Below are positions 10,765 to 19,421 of a DNA stretch of 64,000 bases, piece after piece (position 1 is the first letter of the stretch; the number at the start of each line of letters is the position of its first letter). The notes beneath the pieces are model-generated. The model worked only from the letters and a program-made list of their open reading frames with translations. It made no database searches and was not told the DNA's origin. The stretch comes from an uncultured Desulfosarcina sp. Lineage in GTDB: Bacteria; Desulfobacterota; Desulfobacteria; Desulfobacterales; Desulfosarcinaceae. A program made the position numbers and the translations under genes. The DNA lies in NCBI GenBank assembly GCA_963674945.2, contig CAXXWQ010000004.1, positions 736,001-800,000 on the forward strand, written 5' to 3'.

Positions 10765-11277
10765 TTATTTGATTACAGCGTTGGTATAGATAAAATCAAT
10801 TGCCTTCCTTACCAGCAAATCATTTTTCAGCGCCTCCAGATCCTCACCGAGAAAATTCTTTACCATCTCAACAGGAATGTGCTGCCGAACAGATATGGCC
10901 TTCGCCTCTTCCTCCAGATCTTCTTTGGTTATTTTAAAGTTCTCTGCTTCTATAATTCCCTTGAGTACCATTCTTGTCTTCACCAGCTTGAATGCCTCTT
11001 CTCTGAACTCTTCCATACGATCGGTCATGTCATCCGGCAGGCAGTCGAAATACCCGCTGGACGCCATGCTCTCATATTTCATCTTATGTTTCAGATCCAT
11101 TACTATCATTGTGACTTCATTGTCGATCAGATCCTGGGGAACCTCGATATTGTTGGCTTCCAGGACCTGATCGATGATCGCTTCCTTCATCTGCATCTCT
11201 GCGTTCTCAGCGGACGAAGCGTTTTTAACGCGCGCCACTTCAACGCCCTTGTAGTTTTTCACTGCTGTATTCGACAT
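10765..11277 (-). CDS. Stand-alone trigger factor C-terminal (SurA-like chaperone) domain protein
   Basis: IEVPQDLIDNEV, REEAFKLVKTRMVLKGIIEAE and LLVRKAIDFI segments. No ribosome-binding or FKBP domain. RBS AGGGAG precedes ATG 11277. Confidence 0.8.
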   Translation of the reverse strand: MSNTAVKNYKGVEVARVKNASSAENAEMQMKEAIIDQVLEANNIEVPQDLIDNEVTMIVMDLKHKMKYESMASSGYFDCLPDDMTDRMEEFREEAFKLVKTRMVLKGIIEAENFKITKEDLEEEAKAISVRQHIPVEMVKNFLGEDLEALKNDLLVRKAIDFIYTNAVIK

Positions 11278-11433
11278 CCGTTCTTTTCTCCCTACAGTTA
11301 ACGTCCTTTCTGTCTGAATCACACCAGTGAAACATCGCAGCCATAATTCAAAAGGTGGATGTGATATGCGATGAAAAAGATAGTTATAATATCCTGTTAC
11401 AGGTAACTTTTTTGATTATCCGGGAAACATTAA

Positions 11434-12321
11434 TCAGAATTTCTCGATCGTATTGAGAAACTTGTCAAGCTCCTTCTCTTCCATATGAAAGCCATGCTTA
11501 TCCTCGGGATATCCGCCGGTACGGACATCGTTGGCCCATGCACCATATGCGCCAGCGGCCCACTTAAAAAAATCACCATAGACCTTCGCGTGAGAGGCCA
11601 GATGGGGCATCATGTTGAAGGTGTCGAAGTCAACCATCTCGCAGCCATCGGCTGCACCGCCTGCGGCGATAGAAATCACGGGTACGCGCAGCTTCTTTGC
11701 GATAGCGTTGGTGACTTCGATGGGAGTCAGCTCGATGGTCATAGCCATCATGCCGTTCTCCTGATACTCATACGCCATACGGAAGACCTTCATGGCCTCC
11801 TCAGCTGTCTGGCCCAAACGCTTGTAGCCGCCATGTCTGCTTGTCTGCCAGCCGGACAGCGCGCCCACGTGACCGAAGACCACCAGATGGTTATCCGCCA
11901 TATACTTCAGGGTTTCGTTATTGACACCCATTGGGAGCAGGGAGTCGGCACCTTCGGCCATGTACATGGAGCCATACTCCAAAGCTTTTTCCTTGGAGGA
12001 GAAGGTCGGTGTCTGCATATAGAAGTTGATGTGGATAATCTTCGCTGCGTTGCGGACGGTACGGATCCACCAGGGTGCGTTTGCGATGGACATTGCGGTG
12101 TTCTCGGCGGGAACAGTCAGACGGCAGATATCGCAACCGGCCATTTCAGCGGCCATGGTAAAAAACTGGTCTCTGTTGGCGGGGCACATCTGAACGATGG
12201 GAGTACCCTCGTCCTTGAGTTTCTGCAAATAAGCAATGGACTTTCGACCTTTCTGCATCTTGGACGCCTTAACATTTTTGTCCTCCGATTTGACCTCAAC
12301 TTCTTTCTTTTCTTCTGTCAT
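11434..12321 (-). CDS. Divergent PanB-fold protein, paralog 2
   Basis: Shares LSGWQT, AYEYQENGM and AGGAADGCE with paralog 1. Start is either 12321 (RBS GGAG) or 12339. Confidence 0.8.
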   Translation of the reverse strand: MTEEKKEVEVKSEDKNVKASKMQKGRKSIAYLQKLKDEGTPIVQMCPANRDQFFTMAAEMAGCDICRLTVPAENTAMSIANAPWWIRTVRNAAKIIHINFYMQTPTFSSKEKALEYGSMYMAEGADSLLPMGVNNETLKYMADNHLVVFGHVGALSGWQTSRHGGYKRLGQTAEEAMKVFRMAYEYQENGMMAMTIELTPIEVTNAIAKKLRVPVISIAAGGAADGCEMVDFDTFNMMPHLASHAKVYGDFFKWAAGAYGAWANDVRTGGYPEDKHGFHMEEKELDKFLNTIEKF

Positions 12322-12400
12322 TATTATTTCTCCTTCCATATTTTATGGTTTGATTTCATTTTCATTACAACTGGAAAAGCATTTTAATAATCGATAAAAT

Positions 12401-13213
12401 CTACCCCACCAAGGATTGGCGCAGGCCGGTTTCGACATCGCTCCAATACCCGAAGTCCACAGTAAGGTTCTGACCGCTTACGAACCGTGCCAGATTACTA
12501 TTAAGAAAAACCAGGGGCTCGGCAACTTCTTCGGGTGTGGCAAACCGGTCACACGGCGCCCGGAAATAATCCCAAAGAAATTCTTTGCTGTTTGACTCCT
12601 CGAAATGCTTATACATGGGTGTCATCGTGGTTATGGGGCTGAGGCAGTTAATACGGATTTCCCTCTTCGCCAACTGACTGGCGTGCTGGTAGGTATAATA
12701 AATGAGACATTGTTTCGAGAATAAGTAGCCCAGATTTCGATCTTCATTGGCCAGAAGCCATCCTTTGGCCTCGTCAAAATTGCGCGTCGAGACCATCTCC
12801 TTGACCGCTTCCAGGTTGCTTCGCCACCCCATCCCTGCGAGGGAAGCGACATTGGCAACGGCACTTCCCTTACCCATTTTCGGTAACAGGTTTTCAGTAA
12901 GGTGCCGATGACCTGCGAAATTGACCAGAGTGGTGTCGAAATTGGAAAAAGGTGGACCGGGAAGTCCGGCACAGTTGAACAACGAATGAACATCATCCGG
13001 AATTTGTGCAATTGCTGCATCAATGGACGCCTTGTCTTTAAGGTCAACCTGAATGAACTTCGACCCTGGAACTGAAATTCCTCTTGTTCCCAAAGAGTAG
13101 ACTTCAGCACCCAAATCGACGATAATTTGTGCTGCAGCTTTTCCAATACCGGAGGAAGCCCCTGTGAAAATTACACGTCTGCCTTTATATTCCAGCAAAT
13201 CCTTATTTTTCAT
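12401..13213 (-). CDS. SDR oxidoreductase, coniferyl-alcohol dehydrogenase / 3alpha-hydroxysteroid dehydrogenase-like subgroup
   Basis: TGASSGIG, NCAG, ASLAG, YLFSK and SGQNLTVDFG motifs, with the insertion typical of this subgroup. Confidence 0.85.
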   Translation of the reverse strand: MKNKDLLEYKGRRVIFTGASSGIGKAAAQIIVDLGAEVYSLGTRGISVPGSKFIQVDLKDKASIDAAIAQIPDDVHSLFNCAGLPGPPFSNFDTTLVNFAGHRHLTENLLPKMGKGSAVANVASLAGMGWRSNLEAVKEMVSTRNFDEAKGWLLANEDRNLGYLFSKQCLIYYTYQHASQLAKREIRINCLSPITTMTPMYKHFEESNSKEFLWDYFRAPCDRFATPEEVAEPLVFLNSNLARFVSGQNLTVDFGYWSDVETGLRQSLVG

Positions 13214-13219
13214 AATACC

Positions 13220-13771
13220 TTATTCCCCTGTTTCGGCATTGATTATGCCAAGTTTTGCAGAATAGGTGTTGGGAAACGACTGCGTATGTAATGCTATCTG
13301 GGCAAGCGCCTCCTTATGCAGTTTGTTAAGACAATGTTGGAGAACGTCTCGCTCTTCATGCGTCAAGCAGGTCATAATTTCGCCACTGGCCTCATCAAGC
13401 GCAATGATTTGATCGAGTAATGCTTCTCCCTTATTTGTGAGAGAAACTGTGATTACATTCCTGTTGCTGTCACTTTTATTTCTCTTCACCAGGCCGTCAT
13501 TCTCCATTCTTTTGAGAAGCTGGGCTGTCGCCTGACGATCACGATCGAGTATCTGTGACATTTCGGTAATGGTTGCCGGCCGATCCATCGCCTTAATTCC
13601 CCATAATGCCCACGCCCTTGAAAAATGGATTCCCGCCGGTTCCGATATCACCTTCTTTTTAACATTCAACAGGGCAACATAGGTCACACCGAATAGTCTC
13701 CACAGCTGTCGTGCTTCAAGGAGTGAAGCAATATCTTTTTCATTTTTCATACGGATATGCACCCCATCCAT
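13220..13771 (-). CDS. MarR family transcriptional regulator
   Basis: Winged HTH segment TITEMSQIL...LLKRMENDGLVKR...VSLTNKG. Confidence 0.88.
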   Translation of the reverse strand: MDGVHIRMKNEKDIASLLEARQLWRLFGVTYVALLNVKKKVISEPAGIHFSRAWALWGIKAMDRPATITEMSQILDRDRQATAQLLKRMENDGLVKRNKSDSNRNVITVSLTNKGEALLDQIIALDEASGEIMTCLTHEERDVLQHCLNKLHKEALAQIALHTQSFPNTYSAKLGIINAETGE

Positions 13772-13845
13772 AGTTCAATGCTGGGACAAAAAGTCGCTTA
13801 CACCATGCTTTTTGATATGTATATTGACCATTTTGCTACATACAC

Positions 13846-13859
13846 TGGTGCATGCACCA
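13846..13859. promoter_or_regulatory. Perfect 14-bp palindrome TGGTGCATGCACCA, candidate MarR operator
   Basis: Directly abuts a minus-strand TTGACA (13860-13865) that points toward marR. Confidence 0.5.
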
Positions 13860-13896
13860 TGTCAAGCCATTTTTGTATTACTTTATCATGTTTATA

Positions 13897-13925
13897 TTGA
13901 CTTTCATATCTAATAATTATATGAT
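13897..13925 (+). promoter_or_regulatory. Sigma70 promoter for the downstream SDR
   Basis: TTGACT, 17-bp spacer, TATGAT. Confidence 0.65.
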
Positions 13926-14065
13926 TTGCACTTAAAGTAAAGTTTCAATTCATTTATACTTTTCCTTTATCACATTGAACGAAACAAAATTGGCCGATGG
14001 ATAGAGGGAAGCGCACTGCGCAAAAAACAAATCCTTATTACCAGGAAAGAAAGCGGGAGGAAATT

Positions 14066-14806
14066 ATGAAATTCAAAGGCAAAAACGCAGTAATTGTAGG
14101 CGCTGCACAGAATTCAATCGGACGAGCCGTCGCATTGGAACTGGCAAAAGCAGGCGTCGACATTTGCATCTGGGACATCAATACCGAGGGGGCCGAAAAA
14201 ACCGCCAAGGAGATACAAGATGCCGGTGGCAAGGCTGCAGTGAAAAAAGCCAATGCAATGGATTATGGCAATATAAAGAGCGTTACCGAGGAAACCATCA
14301 AAGATATGGGTTCCATCGACTATTTGGTCGATACCGTCGGCGGCGGCGTATTCAAGGGGTTGCCGGATTACGATTTTGATTTCTTCAAGCAGCAAGTGGA
14401 ATTCAACGGTTACACCATGTTCAATTGCGCCCACAACATCATGGGACATTTTTCGGAACGCAATACAGGCAAGATGCTCTTTTTCATTTCGACGACGGGC
14501 GGCCAGGCAGGGCTTGCAGGATATGGGGCCGGCAAAGCCGTTATGAAGAGCATCATGGAAACCATGGTCGCCGAACTGAATGGGAAATTGATCAACATCA
14601 ATTGCCTTCTGCCAGGAGTCTGCCCCACCGAACTCACACTGGGCGCTTTCAGAGCCATGGGAATGGATGAGCAGGCGGTGCATGACACGATGGGGCCGAG
14701 AAATCCACGCGGCTTGAATTCTCCGGAAGAAGTCGCAAAAGTTGCAGCGTTCCTCCTTGCAGATGAATCCGATCGGATCACCGGCCATGTTGTCACAATG
14801 GACTAA
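14066..14806 (+). CDS. SDR family oxidoreductase (FabG-like fold)
   Basis: GAAQNSIG glycine motif, YGAGK catalytic motif and ITGHVVTMD. RBS GGGAGG precedes ATG 14066. Confidence 0.87.
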   Translation: MKFKGKNAVIVGAAQNSIGRAVALELAKAGVDICIWDINTEGAEKTAKEIQDAGGKAAVKKANAMDYGNIKSVTEETIKDMGSIDYLVDTVGGGVFKGLPDYDFDFFKQQVEFNGYTMFNCAHNIMGHFSERNTGKMLFFISTTGGQAGLAGYGAGKAVMKSIMETMVAELNGKLININCLLPGVCPTELTLGAFRAMGMDEQAVHDTMGPRNPRGLNSPEEVAKVAAFLLADESDRITGHVVTMD

Positions 14807-14870
14807 TGAAGTTTAGATACTATTTTCCTGTGTAGCAGTCTCTCTCTGGAAATTGCAGCGAAAGAGAGCT

Positions 14871-14920
14871 CGCCCCTCCGGTTGAAAGTTCTATCCCCCC
14901 ATCAACCGAGGGGCGTTTTT
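14871..14920 (+). terminator. Rho-independent terminator
   Basis: CGCCCCTCCGGTTGA / TCAACCGAGGGGCG stem followed by TTTTT. Confidence 0.7.
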
Positions 14921-15021
14921 ATGAATGAGACATCCTTTCCGTACGCCTGGCAGATAAAACAGCGCACGGAGGAAACGGCATTGTTTTTGGATTACCATGT
15001 TATGGCAAGAACCGAGAAACA

Positions 15022-16008
15022 TCAAAGATAATCACTCGGAGAGCTAGCGTGCCAAGGGCTTCTGATAATATCGAGGTAAATCATATTCTCGGTCTTGGCA
15101 ATACCCGGTATCTTTCCGAGACCGTTCCTGATGAAGCCTGAAAGTGCCGGGATTTCCGAAAAGTGTACACCGAGAAGCATGTCATAGTGTCCCAATGTGA
15201 TGGCAACGAAATGCACGGAATTGAATGACGCCAGCTTGTATGCCACCTCATCGACCATACCGGGGAACACCTTGATGCCGATCATTGCCGTCATCTCATA
15301 CCCGAGGGACCCGGGTTCGGTAACGGCGATCACCTCTGTAAAACCTTCGGAAAGAAGCCGTTGCAGTCTCTTTGCGGCGCTCACCCTGCTGACACCCAGT
15401 TTTTTCGCCAGCTCTACCACCGGAATTCTGCCATCTTTCTGAAGCTCTTCAATAATCGACATGTCCAGCTTATCCGGAGCGTATCTCTTCTTTGCCGCTG
15501 TCTTTTGATGTACCGGTTCGTATTTGTACGGACTGGCCTCGCTAATGGGATACGACAACACATTTTTAACTGTCTCCATGTGAATCAGAGTTTCATTGCC
15601 CGTTATTCCGGAGATTTTGCCGATTTCATACCGGAGAAAAGTGGAGAGCGCTTCGAGGCTTTTGAAGAAGGCCCAGGTCACGATATCATAAGGACCGGTG
15701 GCAAGGGCCACCGAACGAAAATTCGGATATGATGCGAGTTTTTCCGTGACGCTAAGGATATCATGCCCCGATTTTACGGTAAACCCGACTGTAACACGGA
15801 TATTTTTCTTGGAAAATGGCAGGGCCGGCACTGCGACGACTTTAATGATGCGCTCGTCAATGATTCTTTTCAGTCTGGCGCTGGCCGCGCGCTGACTGAT
15901 GCCGGTCTTGTTTGCCAGGTGAATAATAGGAATTCTGCCGTCTCTTGCCAGTTCCTGAATCATCATCAAATCGATCTTATCAAGCTCACGTTTTGCGCGT
16001 TGCCGCAT
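15022..16008 (-). CDS. Lrp/AsnC family regulator with two tandem HTH+RAM units
   Basis: LDKIDLMMIQELARDGR and PDKLDMSIIEELQKDGR repeats, each followed by a G.YD motif. Confidence 0.9.
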   Translation of the reverse strand: MRQRAKRELDKIDLMMIQELARDGRIPIIHLANKTGISQRAASARLKRIIDERIIKVVAVPALPFSKKNIRVTVGFTVKSGHDILSVTEKLASYPNFRSVALATGPYDIVTWAFFKSLEALSTFLRYEIGKISGITGNETLIHMETVKNVLSYPISEASPYKYEPVHQKTAAKKRYAPDKLDMSIIEELQKDGRIPVVELAKKLGVSRVSAAKRLQRLLSEGFTEVIAVTEPGSLGYEMTAMIGIKVFPGMVDEVAYKLASFNSVHFVAITLGHYDMLLGVHFSEIPALSGFIRNGLGKIPGIAKTENMIYLDIIRSPWHASSPSDYL

Positions 16009-16333
16009 AGTGCCATCTCCAACGAATTGTAAAAATAAGAGAAAATGATTTTCCAAAACCAAGCCTTGTCACCCATGAAAAGGCCTTTGTACATAAAATT
16101 GTAGCATGTTTCATCTATGGGAAAAACACAAGAATCATGAAAGTCTAAAAATGATACAATTGATACGAATCAATTAATATTTAGCATCAAAAAATAAACT
16201 TACATATCAAAATATCAAAAGTAAGGAGTTTTTTATTGACAGTTTGATACCCTGTTGGTAGGAAGTGGTAAGATAGACGAATTCCATTCGAATTGTTGGC
16301 ACTGTTCAACAAACACAAAATAGGAGGAGTAAA

Positions 16334-18853
16334 ATGGCTGCGTCAAAAAGCAAAGAACCAAAGGTCGATCCACGCGTGATCCAACTGGAGGCGGTCTACA
16401 AGACCAATGGCTTCACCGACCGGATCAAGATGCTCAAGGACAGGGTAAGGGAAGACGGCGTTCACATCGCCGGCGAAAGGGCCAGATACTGGCTTGAGTC
16501 TTACAAGGAGACCGAGGGCGAGCATCCGGCGATCCGGAAGGCCAAGGCGGAAGCCAATCTCATGGCCAAGATGCCCATCGTCATCCGGGAGGGCGAGCTG
16601 ATCGTGGGCAAGCCCACGCCGCACAATCGCGGCGCCTATCCGGGTCACACCTTCGGACCGGAAATGATATTGATGATCCTGGCCCACCGGGACCAGATGG
16701 CCAGCGCCGGCAGCGAGGAACAGGACGCCGAGCTCACCGACGAAACCATCGAGGATATCCGCGCCGCGGCCACCTACTGGGATGCCATGGGGCTGGGCAA
16801 GAAACGCCATGCGGCGGATATGGCCTTTGGCGGCGAAAAGAGAAATCAGATGGGCCAGGCCAAGCTCAACATGGGCGGCGTCCTGCAGATGGGTGAACAC
16901 ACCCCGCTGGTCGTGGGCTGCGACTTCGAGAAGTACCTGAGAATCGGCATCAACGGCATCATCGCCGAAATCGAAGACCGGATTGCCGAGATCAAACGCA
17001 AAGGGGACAAGCTCACGCTGGAGGATACCCACAAAATCAAAGTCCTGGAATCGTTCATCATCGGCCAGAAGGGCTTTTCGGTATTTATCAAGCGCCACGC
17101 CGAAGCGGCGCGCGAGCTGGCCAAGAAGGAAAAGAACGCCACCAGAAAGAAGGAACTGAAAGAGATCGGCGATGTCTGCGAGTGGGTGTCCGAAAATCCG
17201 CCGCGCACCTTCAGAGAAGCGCTGCAGGCCTACTGGTTCATACCGGTGGTGCACGACATGGAAAAGGCCATCTCCAACCATTACGCCGGCCGTTTCGATC
17301 AGTATCTGTTCCCGTTTTACATGAAAGACATCAACGAAGGCCGCATGACCCGCCAGGAAGCGGCGGAACTGATGGGGAACATCTTCGTATTCTGGGATTC
17401 GCTGGAGCCTTTCCTCTTCACGGGTCTTGCGGGCAGGCGGGACCATCAGGCGGTGGCCCAGGCCAACTACATCGTCAACGTCACCTTGGGCGGAATCGAC
17501 CGGAGGGGCAGAGACAACTCCAATGAGTGGGGCTGTATGGTACTGCACGTGGCCGGACAGCTCAGAACGCACCAGCCGCACATCTCCATTCGTTATCATC
17601 ACGCCATGAAACCCGAGTTTCTGGATGCGGCCATCGAGTGCAACAAGAATCACGGCGCGGGCATCCCTGCATGGTTCAACGACCGCAACAACATGGAGTA
17701 CCTGATGAGCCGCGGCGTTCCCCATGAAGAGGCGCGGGACTGGTCCATGGCCGGCTGCGTGAATACCGGCATCTGCAAGACCTTCAACTGGGGAATGGGA
17801 CATGGGCCCGGATTCGTGCATCACGGCAAACTGCTCCAGATGGCGCTCAATCGCGGCGTGGATCCGGATACCGGATTCAAGCTGGGAACGGACACCGGGG
17901 ATCCGCGGGAATTTTCGACCTTCGATGAGGTGCTGGAAGCCTACAAGACGCAGGTGAAGCACCATTACGCCTTCCATATGAATCTGGGCTTAAACGGCGC
18001 AAAGCATTGCGACGGCACCGGCGAAGCCTATATGCCGATCGCCTCGGCCTGGCTGGAGGGATGTATCGAAAGCGGCACCGACTGCAACCATCATGGGTGC
18101 ACGACGGCTTTTCAGCTGGAGGGCGGCTCCTTCGTGGACCGTGCCTTCCCGGACACCACCGACTCGTTGATCGCCATCAAGCATGCGGTGTTCGAAGACA
18201 AGATCTGCACCATGGACGAACTTCTCGCGGCACTCAAGGCGGATTTCGAGGGGTATGAAGAGCTGCGCAAGAAGCTGATGGATTATCCCAAGTACGGCAA
18301 CGACCTGGAAGAACCCGACGAGCTGATGGCGCATATCTGGTCCTGGACCCGGGACGAGGCGCTCTCCTATCGGGATGAACTGGGCCGTAAGCCCAGACTC
18401 TTCCGTCAGGGCGCCGCGTGGGCCCAGTGGGTTGCCGCAGAAACCGGAGCGCTGCCCAACGGGAAGAAGAAGGGGGAACCCCTGGCCGACGGGTCGTTGT
18501 CACCCGTTCGCGGCTGCGACAAGAACGGTCCCACGGCCGTGATGAATTCATCGGCGAAATGTGACATGATGGGCATGGAGAGCTCACTGATGAACATGAA
18601 GTTTTCCGCCGGCGTTCTTGGAAGCAATGAGGGCAAGCAGAAGTTTGCCGCCTTGCTTAGCACTTTTTTTGCCAAGGGCGGATCCCAGTTGCAGCTGAAT
18701 ATTTTGAACAGAAAAACCCTTCTGGATGCCAAAGCCCATCCGGAGAATTACCAGGACCTGGTGGTACGGGTTGCGGGATACAGTGCTTACTGGATCGAGC
18801 TGACGCCGGAAGTACGGGACGAAATCATCACCCGGACGGAACACGCCATGTAG
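16334..18853 (+). CDS. Glycyl radical enzyme, paralog 2, with no adjacent activase
   Basis: RVAGYSA, GRFDQY and AGCVN (GCVN codons at 17753-17764). Ends in RTEHAM like paralog 1. RBS AGGAGG. Confidence 0.95.
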   Translation: MAASKSKEPKVDPRVIQLEAVYKTNGFTDRIKMLKDRVREDGVHIAGERARYWLESYKETEGEHPAIRKAKAEANLMAKMPIVIREGELIVGKPTPHNRGAYPGHTFGPEMILMILAHRDQMASAGSEEQDAELTDETIEDIRAAATYWDAMGLGKKRHAADMAFGGEKRNQMGQAKLNMGGVLQMGEHTPLVVGCDFEKYLRIGINGIIAEIEDRIAEIKRKGDKLTLEDTHKIKVLESFIIGQKGFSVFIKRHAEAARELAKKEKNATRKKELKEIGDVCEWVSENPPRTFREALQAYWFIPVVHDMEKAISNHYAGRFDQYLFPFYMKDINEGRMTRQEAAELMGNIFVFWDSLEPFLFTGLAGRRDHQAVAQANYIVNVTLGGIDRRGRDNSNEWGCMVLHVAGQLRTHQPHISIRYHHAMKPEFLDAAIECNKNHGAGIPAWFNDRNNMEYLMSRGVPHEEARDWSMAGCVNTGICKTFNWGMGHGPGFVHHGKLLQMALNRGVDPDTGFKLGTDTGDPREFSTFDEVLEAYKTQVKHHYAFHMNLGLNGAKHCDGTGEAYMPIASAWLEGCIESGTDCNHHGCTTAFQLEGGSFVDRAFPDTTDSLIAIKHAVFEDKICTMDELLAALKADFEGYEELRKKLMDYPKYGNDLEEPDELMAHIWSWTRDEALSYRDELGRKPRLFRQGAAWAQWVAAETGALPNGKKKGEPLADGSLSPVRGCDKNGPTAVMNSSAKCDMMGMESSLMNMKFSAGVLGSNEGKQKFAALLSTFFAKGGSQLQLNILNRKTLLDAKAHPENYQDLVVRVAGYSAYWIELTPEVRDEIITRTEHAM

Positions 18854-18890
18854 TCCATGGGAAACAGATTCTGATCCAAAGTCAAAGAGA

Positions 18891-18928
18891 AGCCGCCACT
18901 GCCGAAAGGCCGTGGCGGCTAACTTTTT
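18891..18928 (+). terminator. Rho-independent terminator after GRE2
   Basis: AGCCGCCAC...GAAA...GTGGCGGCT stem with a nearby T-run. Confidence 0.7.
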
Positions 18929-19421
18929 ATGAACAATCAATCAACAAGTCCGGTACCGTATCCGGATGATCTGGATCATGGGATTGGGTATTGAAAGCGA
19001 TCAGAAGGCTGTCTCTCTTTCCGGTGTTTTGGATGGCATGGGAAACCAAGGAAGGAATCAGCAGATACCATGTCATGGGCAAAATCTTTTACTCACCTAA
19101 CAGCAACAGCAACCATGGCATGCTCCGCCCGCCGGTGCCGTTCGACGCCGTAACGATTTCGGCGGCGATGGCGGCACGCGTATCATACAAATCGGTGGGT
19201 ATCCGGCTAAAAAGGGTGCGGGATGCAATGAATTCTCGGGCCAACGCATCGGCCCTGTTGTCTTCATCGATCTTCGGATACCCTCCATTGAGAAGCCAGA
19301 GATATTCATAGTCCTCCATTCCCTCCCGCAACAATTCCCACCGGATCGACGAAACCAGCCGATTGCTCTGGGCAAGACAGGGATCAAAGGCGATGGTGGC
19401 ATCTCTGGGTGGATAGAACAT

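Noticed and set aside
9621..12339. Assigning the gene symbol panB
   Set aside because: The metal- and substrate-binding motifs are missing and there is no panC/panD context.
5992..18853. Calling the GREs pflB, cutC, bssA or hpdB
   Set aside because: No CC, GCxE or LCM motif, and none of the expected accessory subunits or shell genes.
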